Assembly: GCA_028534125.1 (NCBI GenBank)
Contig: CM052817.1
Coordinates: 68,326,001 to 68,390,000, forward strand
Reading direction: 5' to 3'
From: Lama glama
Lineage: Eukaryota
DNA: 64,000 nt
Shown here: piece after piece, positions 50,096 through 63,095 of the stretch
Layout: the number at the start of each line of letters is the position of its first letter
Position numbering within the stretch: the first letter of the stretch is position 1
The notes under the pieces: generated by a model
Databases searched by the model: none
Told to the model about the DNA's origin: nothing
The model's input: the letters and a program-made list of their open reading frames with translations, nothing else
Made by a program: the position numbers and the translations under genes

Positions 50096-53000
50096 GTTTT
50101 CTGTTTAGTAATAATGTACAGGGCTTGTGACCTGAGACAGAGAATGTGTCAACCTCTCCTGAAATTGCACCGTGTAGTTCAGAGAGAGGAACCAGAGTCT
50201 TAGAGTCTCAAAAGAATCCATGACCCCAAATAACATTATCATTAAAGGAAGCAAAAATGTAACAGAATTCAATGTTCTGCCTTAAAGAATTAACCACAAT
50301 ACTAGAATCTTTTTTCAAGATTTATAATAAAAGAATCATTATTTGCTTTTGCAGAACTCCTTTTTCATAGCTCTCTATAGAAGCCAAGTTTTGTTCATTT
50401 GTGTTCGTTCGTTTGCCTTTAGGTCTAGTTTATCTGACCTGAATAACAAGTTTATAATCGAGCAAGAAAACAAAATTCAGCAGAAAACCCAGGAGAATGT
50501 TTACTGGATGACTGCTGTTAAGAGCCTTGAACATTTCCATCATGTGAGTTAGATACTGTGTTAGGTGCTATCACCTTCTAGAAGGAAGCTTTCTGCCCAG
50601 CTAATCTAAAGGGCCTCTCCCGGTTACTCGCTGTCTCCCCATAATACGTTTATGTATGTTTATTATGTGTTCCTCAGGAGAATTTAAGCCCCAAGCAGTC
50701 TGGTTTATCGACCATTATACTTTTAGTACTTAGTCCAGTGTCAGGCACATAGTAGGAATTCAATAATGTTTACATGTGGGGTAAAAATGTACATGAGATG
50801 TTCTTTTCCCAACTGTAGACATATCCATGCTTCAAGCATGTGGGCTTTTCTTATTGTTTGGGTTAATGTTCTTTTAATTTTGTTTAACGTTCTTAAAGCA
50901 CATTTAGCAAATCAAATGCTAAAGAAGACTGAGGAGTGACAGTTACAGTCACCTGAATAGTTTTTATTTAGGTGATACTGGTAAATGATTTTCCCTGTCC
51001 AAGGAGGAAAAGGCAAAAGGGACTATGCTTAAGCTAAAGTGAGAAGAGACGTTTCTCTACAGATGTCAGTTTGATGTTCACCATTATAAACCTGTTCCAG
51101 CCTAGAGCAGGGCTCAAGCGTTGTGCTTAGTGAATAATTGTTAAATGAGTGATACTGGCCATTAAAGAAATAAAACTGAATTGTGCAGTCTGTGGGGTGA
51201 TGGCATTTCTCTGTCACTGAGGCTGCTCCACTGAGAAAAGAGAAGCTTGCTCTTCACATGTCTGATGACTGGGCCCAGTCATAGATCAAATCTCACCATC
51301 TGGCTGCATTTCAGTCAGATGGGGAGCATATATGCACGGCCTTGGAGCCCTACAGCCTGTTTCCCTGGTATGATGCTTCCTCCTTTGCACAGAATAGCTA
51401 ACTCAATTATCTCAGGTAGCTAGCCCAGTATAACTTGGGAATGCAGCACATACTTGGTTGAGAACAGCAAACTTATCCTTTATGAAGTTCTCAGTAATTA
51501 GGAAAAGTAAGGTAGAACTTCTTGGATAGGCAAGGAAACAGCATAGGGGTAAACATTTACCTTAGATACTTAAAACCACGGTTTATACACATAACCAACT
51601 AGGAGTTCACTATATATAACAATAGTAAAGGTGGCTTTTCTGCAGAACAAATTTACTTTTCCTGCAAATTTTACATGGTCATCTGAGTTATTTCTTTGAT
51701 TCAAACCTATTATTTCTATTAGGTCCTTCGTAAATCATCCCGCAGTTTATTCTGAATTTAATGAGACTAAAAATAGGTAAGTACATTCCTAGGTAAATGG
51801 CAATTGTTCTTCCCTTATTAGGTTTTGAGTTTAGAGCTTGCACAGTCCAGTGACAAAGTGATAGCCTTTGAGAAGATTTTTTTGACTGAGTGCTTGGAGG
51901 CTCCTTTGCTCTGATTTGAGAGTAGTGTGTGTGTTTGGGAGGTAAAAGGAGGTCAGGGGGAGAGAGGAAAGAATGCATATAAATTCATACAGCTCAACTT
52001 TCCCCTCAGTCTCACCATAAGAGAGCATCTGCACGTTCTTCCTAGACTCACTTACATGAGTCTAGGAAGAAATAGTTGACGTAGCCAAGTATGAATTTCA
52101 ACACTTTAGTAAATTAAACACCCAGATCTCCTGACAGACTAAAGTCAATCTGATTTTTTAAGACATCGAGAGCAAGTGATTTTAGCTTCTTACTTAGTAA
52201 ATCTTTAGTATGCTTTCCATATCTCCCGTCAGAGAAATTCCATTTTAGCCAAATTCTTCATGCTTCATTTAAAAGGCATCTCAGGTGCTTATGTCAGTGG
52301 AAACGAGCAGCAGCTGTGAACGAACTTTCTTTGTTTTAAAGTCGAATAGACTTCAAAAGTATTCATTTTAACCTGTTGGTTATTGTTTGTACACCATTGT
52401 TAGACTTATCATCAGACTGAACAATCCAAATTTTACCTTTTGAGTCCTAAGTCTTTCAGTATTTCTAAGGCTGTCTTCCAAACCTAGCCTGATTTCCTTG
52501 GCTGTAAATCTTGGATGCTTTGTGGAAGTGATCCGAACAGAATAATTAATGCTAATTACTCTCTTAATTACCCAAAGCTTTCTAAGTCTTGATGCTGCCA
52601 GAGAGAAGCGCCTTGTTCTTCCTCAAAATAATCTTGCCTATTCCTGCTCTTTTGCTATGCCATCTGAAATTTAAGATCTACTTACCAAGTTCCTTGAAAA
52701 AGTCTTATTTGGATTTAGAGATGGCGTGGGGAAGAATTAACGTCTTAACACCGCCCAGTATTGTTATTCCTGAGCAGGTTGTATATGAACAAGGTAGATC
52801 CCTTCCACTTCAACATTATCACGTATAGATTGCTGATTTTAGCGAATGCTTTTCCCATATCCACTAAGGTGATTGATCATCTGCTTTTTCCCCTTTTAGT
52901 ATTTTAATGAGGCTAGTTCCATTAATATGCTTTAATGTTAAACTGTCATGGGAAAAATTTAAATTGATCAAGATAAGTTTTTTTCCTAGTTCCTAATGTT

Positions 53001-53424
53001 TTATTTTGAATTTTATCATCTTTGGTCATAAGCGTTACTGTCATATGATTATCATTTTCTAATGTAACCTGATTTGGTTTGAATATCAAGATCAAGGCTA
53101 TTCTAGCACCATTAACTGATACGAAAAATATTTTTTCTGTTCTCTAGAACTGTTTTTATTAGCCAGAGATGATCGTTCTCAAAAGCTTGGTTCACTGGCC
53201 TGTAAAACCAAGTAGTATATTTGGGGATAGGATAATAAGTTAGATTTCAAGCTGCTTGTTAAATATCTTTGGTGATTACTAGTATACTCAGATTTTCCAC
53301 TTCTTCTTAAATCACTTTCCTAAGGTATATTTTTCTATGACATTGTCTGGGTTGACATTTTTGTTTATCTAGGCTGGTGAAGAAAACTTAAAAAAAAAAA
53401 TCTAGGCTCCTAACTGACTTTGAA

Positions 53425-53870
53425 AAACTCTTTGTATTATTTTTTGACCCTCTAGCAATTTGTATCCTCACCTAATAGTTATGCTGTCCAGACCACGTTT
53501 TCTAAATTTATTGCTTCATGCAACTAAATCACCTAACCTTCCTAGAGTCAAGATAAATTAGAACTATCTTTTTTTCTTGATCTACCTGGGACTTTTATCC
53601 TAATAAATCAGGTTAGTCTGACAGTGTTTATTCTTCATGAAGACTTGCTGGCAGCCATCTGCAAGGTGCTTGCAAGTTTTTCTTTCAATGATGTTTAAAT
53701 ATACCAATGTTTCTACTGTATAGAATTTATACTCACATCACCATAGTTTTTGTAGGTGTTTACTGTGAATGTCATCAAGAGTGCCTTCCAAGAACAAATT
53801 TTTGGAACATTGATAGAAAATAGACAATAGGACGGGACCTTGAACATATTCCTTAAAGAAGCATGTTATC
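53425..53870 (-). mobile_element. L3/CR1 reverse transcriptase remnants
   Basis: The minus strand gives QQVFMKNKHCQTNLI...VDQ...LIYLD, like CR1 QHGF.K.KSCQTNL...VD.G..VD..YLDF. A second PQGSVLGP-like piece lies at ~53770-53860. Confidence 0.6.
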
Positions 53871-54176
53871 CTTAAGACGACATGGTGGAATGTAAGTATG
53901 GAGAAATGAATACTAAACCTTGAGTCTTTCTACCTCCCCAGTCATAAATTAACATGTCCTATAATTTATGTCACTGGCAAGAAGCACTAATGAATGGCTC
54001 TGATGATGTTCCAAAACAACTGAAAGAAGACATCAGATGCAAATTAGAAGATTGTTATTAAATATGATGGGAGAGGAGGATCATCTCTCGGTTCTGTACT
54101 TATCCTGTTCTAGGCATTCCAGAGGAAAGGAGACATAGCAGCTGCTACTCCTTTAGTGGATTTGTGTGGCCTTCAT

Positions 54177-54202
54177 TGTGTGTGTGTGTGTGTGTGTGTG
54201 TG
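54177..54202. repeat. (TG)n microsatellite
   Basis: Direct reading. Confidence 0.9.
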
Positions 54203-54263
54203 CACAAGAGTTTCACAGTTCCTAACTACTGCAAACCATTCAATTCTTTTGAAATAATTAATT

Positions 54264-54477
54264 CAGAGATTGTCAGACTACAGCCCAAGGGCCAAAGCCA
54301 GCCCATAATCTGTCTTTGCAAATAAAGTTTTATTGGAAAATAGTCATGCTCATTTGTTTATGTATTTTCTATGGCAATTTTTGTACTTCAAATGCAGAGC
54401 AGTTTTGATAGAGACTGGCCGCAATGGTGAAAATATGTGCCCTCCTGCCCTTTACAGAAAATAGTTGCCAATCCCTG
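54264..54477. mobile_element. MER58A hAT-Charlie MITE
   Basis: cag...aaataaagttttattggaa...ccctttacagaaaatagttgccaatccctg. Confidence 0.85.
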
Positions 54478-54524
54478 AGTTAAATCACGAGGTGTCAAGC
54501 AAGCCAGAGAATAGCTTCATCTAG

Positions 54525-54695
54525 GTAAGTAACCTTAAACTGGGGTCCATAAATATGTCTCTGGGGTCTGTCACTCCAAGGAATAATTTGTACTATTTAT
54601 TGTATGTGTGCATTTTACTGGTAAGAGAGTCCTATGACTCTCATCAGATTCTCCAAGGGGTCTTGTGATCCAAAATGTGTTAAGAACTAATGGTT
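54525..54695. mobile_element. MER103-like hAT fragment
   Basis: aaactggggtccat...tcatcagattctccaaggggtcttgtgatccaaaa..gttaagaac. Confidence 0.6.
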
Positions 54696-54769
54696 TAGGT
54701 GAATGTTGTTTATTTGTTCTTTTGAAGACTTGTAGAATGGGCTAGAAGAAAAAGCAGTTCAAGAAATTG

Positions 54770-55520
54770 ACACAACACAATGAGATATCACCTTACACCT
54801 GCTATGAAGGCTATTATCTAAAAAAAGAAAAAAAAAGGTAAGTGTTGGTGAGGATGGAGAGAAATTGGAACCGTTGTACACTCTTGGTGGGAATGTAAAA
54901 TGATTCAGCCCCTATGGAAAACAGTATAGGGATTCCTCAAAAAATTGCAATAGAACTACCATGTGACCCAGCAATCCCGCTTTGGGGTGTATGTCTGAAA
55001 GAAATGAAATCAGTATCTCAAAGAGCTATCTGTACTCCCATGTCCATTGCAGCATTATTCACAATAGCCAAGATGTGAGGACACAACCTAAATGTCCATC
55101 AATGAATGAATGGATAAAGAAAATGTGATGTTTATATTATTCAGGCTTATAAAAGAAGGAAAACCTGTGATATGTGACACCATAGATGAACCTTAGGACA
55201 CTGTGCTAAGTGGAAATAGGCTAGTCCTAGAAGGACAACTACTGAATGAGTCCACTTACATAAGCCATCTAAAATAGTCAAACTCAAAGAAACAGGAGAA
55301 CAGAATGGTAGTTGCCAGAGGCTGGTGGTGGGATGGGGAGGAAGTGGGGGCTGCTGTTCAAAGGATATAAAGTTTCAGTTATGGAAGATGAATAAGTTCT
55401 GAAGATCTGCTGTACAATATTGTGCCTGTAGTCAACAGTACTGCTCTGTGCACTTACAACTTTGTTAAAAGGGTAGGTTTCATGTTAAGTGTCTGTACCA
55501 CAATAATAATAAATAAAAAA
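54770..55520 (+). mobile_element. L1MA/MB 3' end
   Basis: ORF2 C-terminal block (gtgttggtgaggatggagagaaattggaacc...gacccagcaatcc) plus 3' UTR and A-rich tail. Confidence 0.9.
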
Positions 55521-58500
55521 CGGACCCAAAGGTGTTTTTTTGAGAGGATAGGAAAATTGGTAAATACTGTAGGCTAAGAGAATTGTGGGTGTGTGAGAAG
55601 ATTTTAGAACTCTCCAAAGTTAATTCTAAGTTGTCTATTTCTGTTGACTGTGTGCCACATATTGTTCATAATGTCTTATTTTCACAACCTTCCCTGATGG
55701 GTATTAATCCCTCATTTTACAGACACATGAACTAAGGCTCACTGAGAATACATAATTTATTCTAAACAATAGGAGTAGTAAAGATTTGAAATGGAGATCC
55801 TAAGATTCATACATTAACACGTTGTCTGACATGTTATTAAGTAAGGAACTTAATGCTGGTTTTAAGTTGAGAAAAATCTACAATTGGTGCTCCATTGAGA
55901 ACCCCAAAGCTTGAGGTCCATCCCCACAAGGAATATTACACAGCTCTTCCCTCTGAACTCAGATCACTTCTACAGATCACACTCCTCTCTTCAAAGAACT
56001 CACTGACTTTCCACAGTCTGGGGAGAATTTTCCTCTCACCAAAGCTTTCCTCAAAGTCATCCCTTTCTCACCTGTCCTCGTCTTTGATACATAGCTTAGC
56101 AATGAATTCAGGCTTTCAAAAAAGACAGAAAGAGGGTTATTTCCAAGTTCTTTTGTTTTAGATCCTCAACAGGCCCCTATCCCCCCACCAAAAAACCCAC
56201 AAACGTGGTCATTTTTGTGTGTGTATTTGGAGTAGGAGGTTAATAAGTGGGTTTGAGTAAAGAGAACCAAACCACAAATGAATTTCTAAATACATTGTTA
56301 TGTGACAGTCTTATTGGCAATGAGAAGTCATTCAGTTCTTTATGGAGGGGAATGATGAAGGAAGCACTGCTTAAGAAATGGGAAACTCCTACCTATTTGC
56401 TGCAAACCTAGACTCAAGACTTGTACTTCTCACAAAATAATAGATGTAAACTATCTCCCAAGGGGCAGGAACTTGTGCTTCCAGAGATCTTGCTACTGCG
56501 GCTGGAATAGATGGGCTGACGCCAATTAAAACAGGTAAAATAGATTAGGTAATGAGCATCCAGACTTAGAGCTTCTGGGAATTTCATTAGGCATCACGGT
56601 TTATAAAGGCAAAGAAAGGACCTAATGGGGAAAGCAGATTTTGCACTCAGTTTCAATCAACAGTCTTGTCTTAATCTTCATACTTCCCCAATTTTACAGC
56701 TGTAATAAATACTTAAATTATTGTGAACTAAAATTTACTTAGGTTAGTTGAAAATAATTGCAGATACACAAATGGCCAAAATTTATCTAAAATTATAACT
56801 TGCAAATGCAGTTGAATGGGCTTTCCTACTGCCTACCCTCTACTTTATACGTATGGTGACTTTTACACACAAGAAAAAGAAATGAAAATTGGAAATTTTA
56901 GCTTTTCCACTATAAAATCACTTATTTATTAAATCACCCTTTAAAACTAGTAACTAGCATATTTCTTTGTGATACCAGTGTTCCAATGCTATCTTTTTGA
57001 AGTGTTTTTTTGGGAAAGACATTCTGCTTTCTGGATGTACAAATCATTTGTATGATGTTCAAATCTATCATTCTGAATCAAATTGTCTTTGGTTTTTTTT
57101 ATATCACTGCACTCAAAGAACGTCAGGTCCTGGCAATGACATTTGTGCTTCCTGAAGTGGGTGCCATCCCTTCTGGGTAACCTTTTGTGAAGTCACATGA
57201 CTGGCAGCCAGCCTAACTCTGGTCGTCCTCCTCTAGGCAATGACATTTGAGCTGCTGTCGTTTCAGCTTGCAGCATCTCAAAGCCAATTATTCCTCCAGG
57301 TTTTCAGCAACATTAACGATGATTACTCTTTTCCTTGCTGAATTTATAAAATGTTTCTTGGCATTTTCAACTACCCTAGTATTCAAGAAGACAAGTTTTT
57401 GTGTGAGTGTTGACTCAGGCCCACACCCATGCTCAATGATAGAGGTTCTGTGACCACACAGCCAACTCCCCGTAATAAGAGGGAATGCACACATAAGCTG
57501 AATTGTGATTAATCCTATTATTTTAATCACCAAAGTAAAATTCTAGATTATCCTTACTAAATTAGAGAAGCAATTTGCAGCTAATCCAAAGTATCTTTTT
57601 TGTATTTGATTTGGCTCCTTGCTTACAATTTACTGCTAATAATATAAAAACTGATTAGAGGAGGAGGCAGCCTAAAAGCATGTAATACTTGCAGCTAGAA
57701 TTTAATGAAAACACAGAAAACAAAAAGTTGTTTGCAACCGAAAACAGAGTTTAGATTTGAAAATAGCCCCCACTCCACAAAGTAAATAGTCTAAAGCATG
57801 CAGCATAGTTTGACGTGGCCACTATAAATTGTCTTTTTAGAGAGTCTCCACTTTTAGAGAGTCCAGGGGTTTTTCCTTAATTGTCCACACGTCCCCTATC
57901 CATTTTCTGCCCCGCTGGTGCTCCCAGGAAATTGACATTGGGGAAGCCTGCGAAGAAATTCGGAAGGTAGAAAGGGAGAGCGTGGTAAGAAAGGGTGTTC
58001 CTCCCTGCCACACTTCAGGGAGGGGTCTCTGGTACTCCCTACACATTAACAAATACAGCTCCTTTTGAGGGGCCCTTCTTCCTGCATGGTTCCAGTCTGG
58101 GCTATGGTTTCCTCACTTTTTCCTTTTACACCCAAGGCTGTTGCCCTACTTCCCACTTTTGCTAGTCTCTTAGCTTCTCACACCCCTTCCTCATCGCTTC
58201 CCCCAGCCTGCACCTGCTTATGGTCCCTGCAGTAAAACCTCTTCATTTGAACTACCTGCTGGAACCCTGACTGAGACAGAGAAACTACAAATGAATAGAC
58301 CTGGACTGCTTTGAATGGTCTCTTTTTATTTTTTACTGGCCATATTGGAACGTAGGTGTTAATGGGGAGAAAATCCTTGTGATAAAGGGTCTGACTCATT
58401 TACAAATTGAACAATTAAGGGTTGGCTATTCATAGCTCCTTTGTTCATATTTATCCTTACGGCCGCCTAGAGTTACACTTCCTGGAGTTAGGTCAAATCG

Positions 58501-59099
58501 TCATTGTGTTTATAATTTGGTCACATAGAAACAGGGATTCTTTCATTTATTTCTTTTTGGTAACTTCTCAATCTGGTATTATTTAAAGGAAAATAGAGTT
58601 ATATAACCATAGCAAGCATAAGATGTCTACTTGTAAACCTCAGCATTCACAGGTCATAGAGTCAGACACTTTAGCACATTTCACACTGTTGAACATTAAA
58701 GTAAGTCTTTAAAATTCCTCAAAGAGCAAATCAAAGTAAATAATAGGATTCAAAATAAATAACTTATTAATTTGCATAAGCACTTTGAACTTTAACTCAG
58801 TATTTCAAATCAAATACGATTTTCTTTTAACTTGTGCAGGTGTCTATAGTTAATGTATCAACTATCAATGTTAATTTGCTAAAACCCCGCCCAATACTAG
58901 TATACTGTACCTACATCAGGTGTGTGTTTTCTTCTTGTTAACACTTATGTTTCAATCTAAGATACACACACACGTATGTTTTAGAGAAGCCATTTAAAAT
59001 TTTTTCAGTGAAAATTAGAAGCATTTCTAGAGTGTAAATTTGAGTTCATCCCAAGTAAAATTAAAACAGTCCCTCAGAAATGTCTCGTTTCCATTTGGT

Positions 59100-59402
59100 C
59101 TGGAATATTGCTTCTCTAAACTGTTATTGCTTCTCTAAACTGTCTAGTTATCAGAATTGCCTGGAGAGCAATTTTAAAACACAGATTGCTGGCTTCAATC
59201 TCGGTCCTCCTGTAGAGGCTGGGGCAGGATGAGACCATGTCTGTTTCATTCATCATTGTGTATCCAGAATTTAATGCAAGACCCTCAGTAATCATTCGTT
59301 AAATGAATGAATCAGAATGTCTGAAGGTGGGGTCCAGGAACCTGTATTTTTATAAGAGCCTGCAGGTGATTCTGATGAGCAGTCACTTCTCGAAACACAG
59401 GC
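59100..59402. mobile_element. MER5A-like hAT element with an internal L2-like segment
   Basis: atcagaattgcctggagag...aaaacacagattgctgg and atcagaatgtctgaaggtggggtccaggaacctgtattttt...caggtgattctgatg. Confidence 0.7.
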
Positions 59403-59621
59403 CTTTAATTTAGAATTTTAGATCTTTTCAGCCATCATCTAATTCACCCCCCTTGTTTTAGAAATGGAAGAACGTGAAGTCTGAGAGATTAAATAGTTTG
59501 TATATGATCATAATATTTTCATACTTTGGAACACATTTTGGGACAAGTGATGAGAAAAAAGAGAAAGGGGGACTAAAAGATACAGTATGTATTTGTGTGT
59601 TAAAATGCCAATATGACTAAA

Positions 59622-60595
59622 TATTTTTTATTGGAGTAAAGTATAGTTGATTTACACTATTATGTTAATTTTAAGTGTACAGCATAGTGATTCAGTATTT
59701 TTACAGGTTATACTCCATTAAAAGCTTTTACAAGACAATGGCTATTATTTTCTGTGCTGTACAATATAAGCTTGTTGCTTTTCTATTTTATACATAGCAA
59801 TTTGTATCTCTTAATCCTCTACCCCTAATTTACCCCTCTCCTCAGTGGTAACCTCTAGTTTGTTTTCTATATCTGTGACTCTGTTTCTGTTTTGCATTCA
59901 TTTGTATTATTTTTTAGATTTCACATTTAAGTGATATCACATAGTATTTCTTTATCTGACTTATTTCACTAAGCGCAATAGTCTCTGGGTCCATCGATGC
60001 TGCTGCAAATGGCAGAATTTCATTCTTTTTATGGCTGAATAATATTCAATTGTATATATGAATAGACCACGTCTTCTTTATCCATTTGTCTGTTGATGGG
60101 CACTTGGGTTGCTTCCATATCTTGGCTATTGTAAATAGTGCTGCTATAAACATTGAGGTGCATGTATCGTTTTGAGTTAGTGTTTTCATTTTTTCATGGT
60201 ATATACCCAGGAGTGAAATTGCTGGATAATATAGTAGTCTATTTTTAGTTTTTTGAGGAAACTTCATACTGTTTTCCATAGTAGCTGCACCAATTTACAT
60301 GCCCACCAACAGTGTACCAGCGTTCCCTTTTCTCCATGTCCTCTCCAACATTTGCTATTGTACTCTTTTCAGTGATAGCCATTCTGACAGCTGCGAAGTG
60401 GTATCTCATGTGGTGCTGATTTGCATTTCTCTAATAATTAGTGATGTCGAGCACGTTTTCATATGCCTATTAACCAACTGTATGCTTTCCTTGGAAAAAA
60501 ATGTCCATTTAGGTCTTATGCCCATTTTTTGGATTGGGTTGTTTGTTTTTCTGATATTGAGTTGTATGAGCTGTTTGTATATTTTGGGTTAAAAG
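59622..60595 (-). mobile_element. L1 3' end (relatively young), antisense
   Basis: Minus ORF 60046-60279 YPAISLLGIY...CTSMFIAALFTIAKIWKQPKCPSTDKWIKK is the L1 ORF2 C-terminus. Confidence 0.92.
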
Positions 60596-61604
60596 ATATA
60601 GTTTTACCTGAAAGACAAGCCATTTTAGAACTTGGCCTAATGACTATGAGAAGTCAGCTGAAGGGCAATGGGAAGCTGGACTCACCTACCTTAGACTCTT
60701 GGTCAGGATCCTATTTCCAGGATAACTAAGGAGACTTCCCTCCTCTGCTCTCTTTCTCTCCCAAAAGCTTTCATCCAATTATGTCAAATACTTGAAGTGT
60801 TTTGTATTTATTTAAAGTATCTATAATGGCCTTCTCTTCCAATAAGAATTTCTCAAACGACTCTCATGATCTCTGTGCAGCATATATTAGGTAAATAGTA
60901 GTGAAGTTATTTTTTCCTTCCAAAAATTCTGTCAGTAATGTAAAATTCATTTGCTAACATAATATTTTGTGCAAATACACCAAAAATTTTTAATACCTAA
61001 CCTTCTTACTTCTGCCTGCACATTAACACGATTAGAAAATATTTGTGGCTAGATAGTCATTGGAAAGTAAACATTTAGTCACTTAGTTGTTATTCACAAA
61101 ATTATTTCACTATGTTTAAATGGAATTTACAGCTGACCACAGTAATTCTTATCTCTCTTTAAAGGAGCTATGTAATTAATACCTTTGAGAGTATTTAACA
61201 GCCCAAAATAAAAGTGCTGGCATAATTTTTTAAAGTACTGATAAAGTGAAATTTAGCATTTGCTAGAAAATGATCCTCATTCGTTTTCAAAAGGATGTAT
61301 ACTGTCTCATAGACTATAGGTATTAAGGCTATAAATAATAATATTAATCAGCATCGATAAAGCACTTACTATGTGTTAGTATGTGCTAATCGGATGCATA
61401 GAGTACTTCACTTATCTAAAAAATGTAAGATTCTTGGGCAAGTATCACATGTGGATATTTATGTGTATATGCATATGACCATGCATATGACCATGCATGT
61501 GGTGTATCCATACATACAGTACACTATATAGTACTTACAATATATTTACTTAAATACATCTAGAAAATTTCTGGACAGATATTAAGACACAGTGAATCAT
61601 TTTT

Positions 61605-62090
61605 ACTGTGGCCACCACTGGTGATTGCCTGCCCAATAGCCATTTCCCTTCTTTCTTGCCAACAGAACACTGGTTTTGTGGGGGCAGCTGTGTCGCCCCA
61701 CGGCATGAGTTAGGATGGACTTAACCCAGTCATGGCAGCCTCTATTCTCTTCTCCCCATGGTGGGGCTGGGGGATGAGAGATAAGGGAAGTCTGCTTAGA
61801 GCTTCTGGGAGGATTTCCATCCTCAGAAAATAAAAGTGTGCATGAGGAGAAAGCTCTTTATGCTTCTACCCCATTCCTTCCCGCTTAGGAATGGATCATT
61901 TGAAAATGTACTTCCTACCTGCATTAGCCTCCTGTGACAATGAGGTGTGATATTGCTGGTACACTGTGGATAGTGGCTTCTTAATTATCTTACAAACTTC
62001 AGAACCAACTCTGACACCACCTAACTCTGAATATCATGTAAATCAACGATAGCCACTACTAATAGCCAAAGCATTCATTCATGACTGTAT
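61605..62090. mobile_element. MLT1 (J/K-like) LTR
   Basis: tgcccaatagccatttcccttctttcttgccaacagaac...gggaagtctgc...gcttctggga. Confidence 0.6.
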
Positions 62091-62659
62091 AGTTACTTCT
62101 AGGGAGTGGGACTGAGGGTGCAGGAAGGGAGAATAGTGTCTTATTTTTCATTGTATATTGTTTTGTGCTGCTTTAATTTGTTTTACCATAAATGGGCAAT
62201 ACTTTCAAAATTATAAAGCAACTCATTTAATTTTTTAAAATTTTATTTCTGAATAACTAGTATGTTAATGTGGAGAAAACTGAGAGTCGTGCTGTTTTAA
62301 GTAGTGCCCTGACTCATTAGCCACAACTTAGACCCAGGCACTCTTTGCAACAACATGCATGTATGCCACCACTTGGAAGATTTGAGGAGTTCGTTAATTT
62401 TGAATTTTAAACACACATTTTCCTTCTTTCCAAACTATTTGTGAGCATTCGTATGTCTCCTCAACAATGAATTTGTCCTTGGTAGTTACTTAAGGTACTG
62501 TGAGGATTCCAGGACACTGAAGCCTTGGGTTCAGATCATAGTGGTTAGAGACACATTTTAAGATTTCTTCCCAGTTCTCTTCTTGAAGAATACTCCCCTC
62601 CCTCAGCCAACTAGAGTACCAGCTCTGAGCCCTTCTTCCTGTGTTTATATCAAATAAAC

Positions 62660-63095
62660 CCAACCATCACTGATTAGAAAAGAGGTGGACATCTGATCCA
62701 TGAACCAGACCAAACTGATTGTTTCTTGAGAACTGAACGGAGAGACCCAGGCTGGGAGTCAGGTGGTGGTGGTCTCGAGAACTGCAAGGGCCTGTGGACC
62801 AAGAGGCGATGACAGCTATGGAGGGCCACGCACGTGAGGAGCATGCACAGAGAGCCAGCCTGCAGGGAGAGGCTGCACACAGCAGGGCAGGAAACAGACA
62901 AGTGTTGGGTGAGAACTTGCAGCCCAAGAACAGCGGCTGAGCCCTGAAGTCTTCAGTTTCCAAGTCTAATTCCCCGTGGGGCTCCACCGTCCTTCCTCTC
63001 TTGAATTCCATGAGGAGCTGTCATATAATAAATCCTCTTTTATATGAGGCAGCCAGAGTAGGGTTAGTTTCTTGTCACCAAATGAGCCGTAAGTA
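62660..63095. mobile_element. MLT1 (K/L-like) LTR
   Basis: gattagaaaagaggtggacatctgatcc...aataaatcctctttt...gttagtttcttgtcacca. Confidence 0.55.

Noticed and set aside
60046..60279. ORF with clear protein homology
   Set aside because: It is the C-terminal fragment of L1 ORF2 in a 5'-truncated copy, not a host gene.
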